Assembly (NCBI RefSeq): GCF_006345805.1
Contig: NW_021826530.1
Span: forward strand, 1-12,717
DNA length: 12,717 nt
Reading direction: 5' to 3'
Source: Octopus sinensis
Lineage: Eukaryota
In this document: positions 1 through 7,601 of the stretch, piece by piece
How positions within the stretch are numbered: position 1 is the first letter of the stretch
How the letters are laid out: each line of letters opens with the position of its first letter
Made by a program: the position numbers and the translations under genes
Notes under the pieces: model-generated
The model's database searches: none
What the model saw: the letters and a program-made list of their open reading frames with translations, nothing else
Told to the model about the DNA's origin: nothing

Positions 1-47
1 CGCCTTTCGGTTCAAGTTTTCGAGAAACTACAAGCAGGGAAAATATC

Positions 48-122
48 TGTTTCAAATTTTCACACCAGAAGCAATTTTAGGGGACGGAGTAAGCCAATTC
101 CATCGACTCCAGTGATCCACTG
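48..122 (-). mobile_element. SINE family A, 3' part of an older minus-strand copy interrupted by the tandem array
   Basis: ttcaaatttt...gcaattttaggggacggagtaagccaattccatcgactccagtgatccactg resembles the minus-strand family A copy at 6850-6897 (gggaggggcaaattgattacatcgaccccagtgcgtaactg). Confidence 0.65.
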
Positions 123-1209
123 ACGTTCTGAGTTCAAATTCCGCCGTGGTCGACTCTGCCTTTCATCCTTTCGGGGTCGATTAAATAAGTACCAGTTACG
201 CACTGGGGGTCGATATAATCGACTTTATCCGTTTATCTGCCCTTGTTTGTTCCCTCTGTGTTTAGCCACTTGTGGGTAGTAAAGAAATAGGTATTTCGTC
301 TGCCGCTACGTTCTGAGTTCAAATTCCGCCGAGGTCGACTTTGACTTTCATCCTTTCGGGGTCGATTAAATAAGTACCAGTTACGCACTGGGGGTCGATA
401 TAATCGACTTTATCCGTTTATCTGCCCTTGTTTGTTCCCTCTGTGTTTAGCCACTTGTGGGTAGTAAAGAAATAGGTATTTCGTCTGCCGCTACGTTCTG
501 AGTTCAAATTCCGCCGAGGTCGACTTTGCCTTTCATCCTTTCGGGGTCGATTAAATAAGTACCAGTTACGCACTGGGGTCGATATAACCAACTTAATCCG
601 TTTGTCTGTCCTTGTTTGTTCCCTCTGTGTTTAGCCACTTGTGGGTAGTAAAGAAATAGGTATTTCGTCTGCCGCTACGTTCTGAGTTCAAATTCCGCCG
701 AGGTCGACTTTGCCTTTCATCCTTTCGGGGTCGATTAAATAAGTACCAGTTACGCACTGGGGTCGATATAACCAACTTAATCCGTTTGTCTGTCCTTGTT
801 TGTTCCCTCTGTGTTTAGCCACTTGTGGGTAGTAAAGAAATAGGTATTTCGTCTGCCGCTACGTTCTGAGTTCAAATTCCGCCGAGGTCGACTTTGCCTT
901 TCATCCTTTCGGGGTCGATTAAATAAGTACCATTACGCACTGGGGTCGATATAACCAACTTAATCCGTTTGTCTGTCCTTGTTTGTTCCCTCTGTGTTTA
1001 GCCACTTGTGGGTAGTAAAGAAATAGGTATTTCGTCTGCCGCTACGTTCTGAGTTCAAATTCCGCTGAGGTTGACTTTGCCTTTCATCCTTTCGGAGTCG
1101 ATTAAATAAGTACCAGTTACGCACTGGGGTCGATATAACCAACTTAATCCGTTTGTCTGTCCTTGTTTGTTCCCTCTGTGTTTAGCCCCTTGTGGGTAGT
1201 AAAGAAATA
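122..1209 (+). repeat. Tandem array of six 5'-truncated family A SINE units (183-185 bp)
   Basis: Units start at 290, 475, 659, 843 and 1026; the first is partial from ~122. Each has a B-box-like GAGTTCAAATTCC, the body gtcgactttgcctttcatcctttcggggtcgat and the tail tagtaaagaaata. Body matches the monomeric copy at 8973-9185. Confidence 0.95.
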
Positions 1210-1212
1210 TAT

Positions 1213-1322
1213 TTTTATTTTATCGGTGTCGAAAGGATGAAAGGCAAAGTCGACCTTGGCGGAGTTTGATCTCAGAAGTTGTTTCGTCCGGCGTGTTAAC
1301 GGTCCTGCTATGTCACCGCCTT
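1213..1322 (-). mobile_element. SINE family A, 5' part of the interrupted older copy
   Basis: 1231-1277 is the reverse complement of the array unit body (44/47 vs units 3-5). It continues as ttcgtccggcgtgttaacggtcctgctatgtcaccgcc, matching the head region seen at 6990-7033. Confidence 0.85.
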
Positions 1323-1344
1323 GTGGAGGGTAAGTGTTGAAATA

Positions 1345-1810
1345 GTCGGTTCTGAGGGGAAGAGGAAGGAGAAGGTTAGTGTTTGTGTGAGATGGAGAGT
1401 GAGGGAGATATAGATAATGATAGAGAGAAGGGCGTTTGGATAATAGGAGAGAGTGATGAAGAGAAGTGAGAGAAACGTAGGTCAACCGGAGGGAGGAAGA
1501 AAGAGAGAGAGAGATGTGTGGATGTGTGGGTAAAAGTGTAGAGAGAGAAAGTGAGGGGTTTATGGATGTTAGAGGGAGGGAGAAGAGAGAGAGATGTAGA
1601 TGAAAAGGAGAGAAGGACGTGTGGAGGATTATGGATAATAATGGGTAAGGGGAGGAGGAAAATTAAAAGTGGTAAAGAGAAAGAGGGAGGGAGAGAGAAA
1701 GAGGCGATGTGTTATGAAATGATAAGGGAGAAGAGAGAGGGAGTCGAGATGAGAGATAGATAGAGTTGGTAACATCAGAGAGAAGAGGGAGAGGAAAGGG
1801 TGAAAGATAT
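1345..1810 (+). repeat. Purine-rich (GA) low-complexity tract
   Basis: Degenerate (GA)n/(GGA)n/(GAA)n with very few C on the + strand. Confidence 0.85.
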
Positions 1811-1839
1811 AAGCTAACACAAGCAAACACGATTGCACT

Positions 1840-1947
1840 ATATATGTGTGTGCGCGCGCACGTGTGTGTGCGTATTTGTGCATGTTTTCTATACATATAT
1901 GTGTATGTATATAATATATATCTATATAGATCTATATCTATCTATCT
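1840..1947. repeat. Mixed (TG)/(TA)/(TCTA) microsatellite
   Basis: Direct reading of the sequence. Confidence 0.8.
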
Positions 1948-2071
1948 TCCCCCCCCCTTTTTTTTAAATTTTATTCCCCCCTTTTTTGTCCTCTTTCTTT
2001 CCCTTTACGATCCCTTTTGATCGAAAACAAAACCCCCTTTTTTTACCCCCAAAAGAAAAGCTCTACCTTGT

Positions 2072-2115
2072 AATTTGTCCTGTCTGTGTGCAGCCCTGTG
2101 TGGCTAATAAAGAAA

Positions 2116-2116
<1 letters not shown>
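2072..2116 (+). mobile_element. Family A SINE tail fragment (array-type tail)
   Basis: tttgtcctgtctgtgtgcagccctgtgtggctaataaagaaac resembles the array tail ctctgtgtttagccccttgtgggtagtaaagaaat. Confidence 0.5.

Positions 2117-2117
<1 letters not shown>

Positions 2118-2180
<63 letters not shown>
2118..2180. repeat. Compound (CT)n(AT)n microsatellite
   Basis: (TC)n 2118-2150 followed by (AT)15 at 2151-2180. Confidence 0.95.
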
Positions 2181-2182
<2 letters not shown>

Positions 2183-2308
2183 AAGGAGTTGGTTCTAGGT
2201 TCAGTCCCGCTGCGTGGTACCTTGGACAAGTGCCTTCTACTATAGCCTCGGGCCGTCCAAAGCCTTGAGAGTGGATTTGGTGACGGAAACTGAAAGAAGC
2301 CCGTCGTA
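2181..2308 (+). mobile_element. SINE family B (CORE-like), 5' half
   Basis: ggttcagtcccgctgcgtggtaccttggacaagtgccttctactatagcc...gaaagaagcccgtcg aligns with 5025-5138. The ccttgggcaagt motif resembles the CORE domain. Confidence 0.9.
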
Positions 2309-2549
2309 TATATATATGTATATATATATATACACATATGTGTATGCATACAAATAAACACACGTATCAGTAAATATATATATATATATGTACACACGCA
2401 TGCACACTCACACGCAAATATATTAGAGGTAAAGTGGAGGGAGGGTGTGTTTGGCGTGAAACAATTTGAGAAATAAATGAATAAATAAATAAATAAATAA
2501 AGGCCAACATGCACCGATGGTGTTTAGTTCCCCCACCAGCATCGCTTTC

Positions 2550-2616
2550 CCAACCAACCAACCAACCAGCCGACAGACCGACCGACCGACCGGCCAGTTA
2601 GCCAGCCAGCCAGCCT
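2550..2616. repeat. Compound tetranucleotide repeat (ACCA)/(ACCG)/(GCCA)
   Basis: Direct reading of the sequence. Confidence 0.8.
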
Positions 2617-2994
2617 GACAGTCAAACACACAAACATTCGTTTCAAAGCGACTACTTCTGCTCTATTCATCTCTGTCTGTTTCTCTCTATATTTCTTCCT
2701 TTTTCAAACTCTTTCCTTCCATCATTCTATCGTTTATTATATACGAACACGTGCACATATGTATGTACATATATATTCAGCCGAAATTGCGAAGACGATC
2801 CGGTTCTTCACTGATGATTGAGGGCTTCGAATGTCCCGTCCGTGTTTTTTTGTGTCGTCTTCTAAATGTTTCACGTTCTTGTCCCAGTTTGTATATTTTT
2901 TACTTTTACATATATATATATATATAATATATTATTAATATATATATATATATATAATATATATATTAATTTTTTTTCACTCTTTGACTTTTTA

Positions 2995-3135
2995 TAAGCC
3001 TTTTAGTCGAACGAATCGACCCCGGACCTATTCATTGTAAGCTTTGCACTTATTCAATCGGTTACTTTTGCTGAAACGCTAAGTTATGGGGACGTAAGCA
3101 CACCAACATCGGTTGTCAAGCGATGGTGGAAGGTC
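2995..3135 (-). mobile_element. SINE family B, diverged 3' half
   Basis: Reverse complement matches the 3' half of 4975-5360 (gcttgacaaccgatgctggtgtg...tggggtcga). Confidence 0.85.
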
Positions 3136-3297
3136 AATCACAGATACACACAAATGTGTATATATATATATATATAGTTTTTAGCAGCAATAACACACAG
3201 TCACACAAGCATACATACATACATATACACACATACACGAACGCGCACGCACACAGAATGGGGTAAGTGGAGCAAGAACACACACGGAAACGAAAAG

Positions 3298-3342
3298 TGT
3301 CGCTGAAGAGGTCACAGGTGTGTGACGAAAGATTTCCAGACA
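3298..3342 (+). ncRNA. Candidate minimal type I hammerhead ribozyme motif (Penelope-type)
   Basis: CTGAAGA 3303-3309, extra G, perfect stem II GTCACA/TGTGAC around loop GGTG, GAAA 3327-3330, self-complementary AGATTT, UC at 3335-3336, stem I tgtcg/c(a)gaca with one bulge. Confidence 0.6.
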
Positions 3343-3521
3343 ACGGACATAAAATAAATAAGAACAGTAATAAACGAGTGAAGAAAAAATTATATATAAT
3401 GCATGTTTATTTGACAAAAAAACTTAATCATAAATAAAATGACCATCCCGAAAAACAATAATATCTGTTTCAACACACGATATCACATCAGGAATCTTGC
3501 AAAACGAATTGATAAACGTAT

Positions 3522-3560
<39 letters not shown>

Positions 3561-3577
3561 TAGATAGATAGATAGAT
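3522..3577. repeat. (GATA)n microsatellite
   Basis: Direct reading of the sequence. Confidence 0.95.
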
Positions 3578-3589
3578 TCAAATACAAAA

Positions 3590-3630
3590 TGGCTGACGAC
3601 TAGCAGCACACTTGAAACTCAAGAGTACCA
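3590..3630 (+). ncRNA. Degenerate minimal hammerhead motif
   Basis: tgg CTGACGA (3593-3599) ... GAAA (3614-3617) CTC AA GAG TA cca. Core order, near-palindromic stem III, GUA triplet and 3-bp stem I are present; stem II does not pair. Confidence 0.45.
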
Positions 3631-3708
3631 ACGAATTTGAATCAGTCAGTTTTGATCCATACATGTAACTCACAATAAATTCTTTCGTTTGTCTACTCAC
3701 TCGAATGT

Positions 3709-3713
3709 ATATA

Positions 3714-3772
<59 letters not shown>

Positions 3773-3862
3773 TAATATATACATAAATATATATAAAAGT
3801 GTATATATATATATATACATAAATATATAAAAAGTATTTTTATATATATATACAATACAATA
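3709..3862. repeat. (TA)n-rich microsatellite
   Basis: Direct reading; a further (TA)n lies at ~3937-3966. Confidence 0.9.
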
Positions 3863-3937
3863 TATACATACTAATACAATAGTTTGTTTGTTTTCCACCT
3901 GCCTTCGTCTTTTGTCTATTTTCATAAAGCTTCCCGT

Positions 3938-3968
<31 letters not shown>

Positions 3969-4069
3969 ATAGAAATGGTAAGACACAAAAGAATGAAAGA
4001 TGCCTCGATATTATGTAAATAGAGGAATTTATCTGTAAATATAATATGTGACAATTATTCGGTAGCCAT

Positions 4070-4130
4070 GATAAAACTCCGAGTTTCGAATATCGGGGCG
4101 GAAAACCACGCCGCTATCTCTTCAGTTATC
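4070..4130 (-). ncRNA. Candidate minimal type I hammerhead ribozyme (Penelope-type)
   Basis: Minus strand reads GATAA CTGAAGA G...C GAAA CTC G GAG T T TTATC: perfect 5-bp stem I, G10.1-C11.1 closing pair, inner gcgg/ccgc stem, near-palindromic stem III ACTCGGAGT, GUU triplet. Confidence 0.7.
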
Positions 4131-4293
4131 GGTCCATCGATTTTTTCATAGCACTTTTTCGATTATATTTAAAGATATATATATATATATCTTTTAAGTT
4201 AGCTATTAAGTTAGACATGGCCTGGGCCAATACTGGCCAAAAACCTTTCTAAGTTATTCTAAGTTATATATATATATATACATATATATATGT

Positions 4294-4636
4294 AAGGTAA
4301 AGACACCCCTTGGTCATGAATGACCATAGCGCTGCACCTAGAAAGTTCCCCTCCGAGGCACAAGGTCGGGCTAGGTTGTTTGGGGAAGACCAGGGGTCGC
4401 CCATGCATACCAGCTTCCCCTCTTCATGCTATTGATGTTCTCCAAGGGAAAGGCTAAAAGCCGATACAGCTTGGCACCAGTGATGTCTCAATTCATTTCT
4501 ACAGCTGAGTGAACTGCAGCAACGTGAAATAAAGTGTCTTGTTCAAGAACACAACACACAACCCGGTCCAGGAATCGAACTCACTACCTCATCATTGTGA
4601 GTCCGACGCTCTAATCACTAAGCCATGTGCCTTCAC
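4294..4636 (-). mobile_element. tRNA-derived SINE family C, apparently full length
   Basis: Minus head gtgaaggcacatggcttagtgattagagcgtcgg...gagttcgattcctgg has A- and B-box-like motifs. Its tail ggtcattcatgacc...tctttacc recurs at 10358-10578. Confidence 0.85.
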
Positions 4637-4974
4637 TATGTGTTTGTGTGTGGGTGGTGGTGGGTCGTGTGTATGTGTGTGTGTGTGTGTGTCTGTGTCT
4701 GTGTGTGTATGTGTGATATTTTGGGCTAATGGGTATATATCGATTAGTGTGTTGTAGTGTTGAGTAAAGCACTGGCCCAGTTTGGGCTACCTGGTGTCAT
4801 GCGCAGTTGGGGTATAGTTCCGTTGGAACTACTTCAGGAATTCCGCCAGAGGATGGATTTGGTATTACCTCTTTTTTTGTACGTCGATCGTTGACTTACT
4901 TATTTTTCTAAAATTTCCGTTGCTTCTTACAACCTTTTCAATGAAAATTTTGAAAAATAAGTAAATGAGTAAAT

Positions 4975-5360
4975 AGGCGCAGGAGTGGCTGTGTGGTAAG
5001 TAGCTTGTTTACCAACCACATGGTTCCGGGTTCAGTCCCACTGCGTGGCACCTTGGGCAAGTGTCTTCTACTATAGCCTCGGGCCGACCAATGCCTTGTG
5101 AGTGGATTTGGTAGACGGAAACTGAAAGAAACCCGTCGTATATATGTATGTGTGAGTGTGTTTGTCCCCCTAGCATTGCTTGACAACCGATGCTGGTGTG
5201 TTTATGTCCCCGTTGCTTAGCGGTTCGGCAAAAGAGACCGATAGAATAAGTACTGGGCTTACAAAAGAATAAGTCCTGGGGTCGAGTTGCTCGATTAAAG
5301 GCAGTGCTCCAGCATGGCCGCAGTCAAATGACTGAAACAAGTAAAAGAGTAATAAAAGAG
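4975..5360 (+). mobile_element. SINE family B (CORE-like), full length
   Basis: A-box-like TGGCTGTGTGG, B-box-like GGTTCAGTCCC, ccttgggcaagtgtc, short internal (TA)/(TG) tract, tail gactgaaacaagtaaaagag. Closely similar to 9221-9580. Confidence 0.92.
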
Positions 5361-5424
5361 AATGGATATTTTACCGGTGAGTGTGTTAAATTATAAGGCA
5401 CTAAAAGAGAATGACTCACCCTAG

Positions 5425-5992
5425 ACACGACAAAATATGCTCCTAGAGTACTATTCTGACCTCGGCTGCAGAATTCATATTTTTCCCGTCGAAAATGATT
5501 TTGTAGACTGCGGAATAAATGATAAATCAGATGGGGCGATGTCCGGCGAATATGGTGGATGGGGCATCGTTTCCCATTCAAAGTGCTCCAGCCTTTGGAA
5601 GGTCATCCTCGCTTTATGCGGCCGCGCATTATCCTGATGGCAGAACACTGTTTGTCTTGAAACCAAACATGGTAGTTTTCCAATGGCAGGCAGGTGTCGA
5701 TGAAGGGTTGAATTACCAAATCCATGCTTGTCTGCTAGTTCCTTAACAATTACGATGGGATTTTGTACCACCAGGGTTTGCAGGACGTCCTCGTCCAGCT
5801 CTACAGATCTTCCAGGATGATGCTTGTCTTCTAGGCTGTAGTTTCCGGCTCGGGTTTTCTATAACCACCGTTGATACTAGTTTACGCTTATTGTCCAACC
5901 CCTACATACTGTATTAATATTCCTCGCATCTTCCGTTGCGTTGTCCCCTCAAAAAGCAAAATATGCTGAATATGCTCCTTTGTCACATTCAT
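5425..5992 (-). pseudogene. Mariner transposase pseudogene
   Basis: ATG at 5992: MNVTKEHIQHILLFE, frameshift, GDNATEDARNIN...RWL*K...GRSVELDEDVLQ (helix-turn-helix region), then HQDNARPH and HPPYSPDIAPSD (mariner catalytic-region motifs). Stops and frameshifts present. Confidence 0.93.
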
Positions 5993-6168
5993 TAGTTTTG
6001 AAAAAATAACTGTCAAAATCGAACTGCACTCTTCAAAACTTGCACTAAGAATAAGGACAAAGTAGAATTACCTGCTTTTGTAAGAAGTTGATGCAGGTAG
6101 TTTATCCCGTCTCCCTCCGACTTGTTCATGCAATTGAAAAAACTGCATTATTTATGGATGACCCAATA
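5425..6168 (-). mobile_element. Mariner (DD34D-type) DNA transposon, internally deleted, 3' TIR missing
   Basis: Putative 5' TIR TA|TTGGGTCATCCATAAATAATGC next to a (TA)n at 6145-6168, followed by transposase-like coding sequence. No matching TIR found on the left. Confidence 0.9.
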
Positions 6169-6610
6169 TATATATATTTAGGTAAAATTATATTAATGTG
6201 TCCTTCTGTTCTAATTTTATTAAATTCTATGTCATTATGCAGCTGAAGATTGTTCTACATTTTAAATTGATGTAATGAAATGATTGCATTGTTCAATTAA
6301 ATGGAGTTGCATGAAACGATCGTACTGCATTACTTCTGGATATCCTTGTTGTTTATTTTGACTTATATCTGTCGTTTTCTTTAAGTCTTGTCATTTATCG
6401 TTTGTTTATGTTTTCGTCGCCATCTTCTACGTTCGCTCTCTTATCTCTACAGCGTTTTACTACTGACTCCACGAAAACAAACAATCTTATTGATAAGAGC
6501 GTGAAATTGTGATGTTTCTCAGCCGATAACTGATGAGGGATCAGCATGTCCACGCTTCGTTTGTGATTTTTACCTTGTCATAAATTTTGCAGAGACACAC
6601 ACACACACAC

Positions 6611-6806
6611 TCAAGAAACAGGAAGAAAGAGTGAGAGAAAGTTGGGTCGAAAAAGTACAACAGGGGTCGCCACCACCCCCTGCCGGAGCCTCGTGGAGCT
6701 TTAGGTGTTTTCGCTCAATAAAACACACAACGCCCGGTCTGGGAATCGAAACCGCGATCCTCCGACCGCGAGTCCGCTGCCCTAACCACTGGCCCATTGC
6801 GCCTCC
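6611..6806 (-). mobile_element. tRNA-derived SINE family D, 5' part
   Basis: Minus head ggaggcgcaatgggccagtggttagggcagcggactcgcggtcggaggatcgcggtttcgattccc. Body overlaps the copy at 9925-10030. Ends at a (CA)n. Confidence 0.88.
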
Positions 6807-6835
6807 ATATATGATATATACTTTATATATAATTT

Positions 6836-7033
6836 CTACTATAGCCAGAGGGATTGGGAGGGGCAAATTGATTACATCGACCCCAGTGCGTAACTGGTAC
6901 TTATTTCATGGACTCCAAAACGATGAAAGGCAAAGTCGACCTCGGCGGAATTTGACCTCAGAACATAAGCACTGATAAAATACCGCTTGGCAATTTGCCC
7001 GGCGTGCTACCGATTTTGCCAGCTTACTACCTT
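6836..7033 (-). mobile_element. SINE family A, near full length
   Basis: gatgaaaggcaaagtcgacctcggcggaatttgacctcagaac is the reverse complement of the family A body; head at 6990-7033. Confidence 0.9.
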
Positions 7034-7041
7034 ATATATAA

Positions 7042-7429
7042 TCTCCATATATATAACGCTGAAGTTGTCTGTATATGGCAGGTTTGGTAGCCTTCAACTA
7101 ACACTATCTCCTCCGAGACCCTGCGGCGCAAGTTGACCAAAATTGAGAGTATGATAGAAGAAGGCTTGCTCTTCCTTCCGTAGAAGAAAAAAATTCAAAT
7201 TGGACCATGTTAACACCAAAAATTATTTACATCAAAAAGGTGCTTTTTTGTTCTATGAAAATCCCTATTTTTTACGATTTTTTGACTGCTGTGTTGCCAT
7301 TTTTCGGTGTATTTCAACCAGAAAAATGCTCACTCTAAGAGAATAACAAGCTACACAATGCAAAAATTTCAAAAATTCCAATTCTAAAGGGTCGAAACAA
7401 ACCCGAGCAACGTCGGGCGATACTGCTAG
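7042..7429 (+). mobile_element. Non-autonomous Helitron 1 (388 bp)
   Basis: A|TCTCCATATATATAA 5' end; hairpin CCCGA-gcaacg-TCGGG 8 nt upstream of CTAG|T; lies between A and T. Confidence 0.88.
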
Positions 7430-7601
7430 TATAATATAAATATCATATATGTAATATATATATATCATAATATCATATTAAACATATATAGCGTATGCAT
7501 TATATAATATGTATTATGTAATATGTATATGATACTTATGAAATGTTCATGTAATTTGTAACTCATATATTTACAAATGGAGGATGCGAGACCGTAATAT
7601 A

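Noticed and set aside
593-1142. Near-identical 60-aa ORFs (593-775 and 960-1142)
   Set aside because: Antisense reading of SINE units; similarity follows from the DNA repeat.
122-1209. Array as a CRISPR array or a retrozyme tandem
   Set aside because: There are no unique spacers; whole 184-bp units repeat. I found no CUGANGA core on either strand, and the units match a dispersed SINE.
1948-2060. Alternating C, T and A homopolymer runs as a functional element
   Set aside because: The pattern resembles low-quality base calls or a collapsed repeat next to microsatellites; it cannot be interpreted without reads.
2775-2890. CTGATGA at 2811-2817 as a hammerhead
   Set aside because: Followed by GAAT rather than GAAA, with no stem II closing pair and no stem I or III. 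It may be a repeat fragment I cannot name.
1144-4054. Many short ORFs rich in YI, CV, HT, RE or SL dipeptides
   Set aside because: Translations of microsatellites and low-complexity DNA; no domain motifs. The same applies to those at 11665-11979.
6240-6295. CTGAAGA...GAAA on the plus strand
   Set aside because: No 10.1-11.1 pair and no stem I adjacent to the core; expected by chance in AT-rich DNA.
6730-6806. tRNA gene (also the heads at 4560-4636 and 4975-5045)
   Set aside because: A/B boxes are present, but no complete cloverleaf, and each continues into a dispersed repeat body. These are SINE heads.
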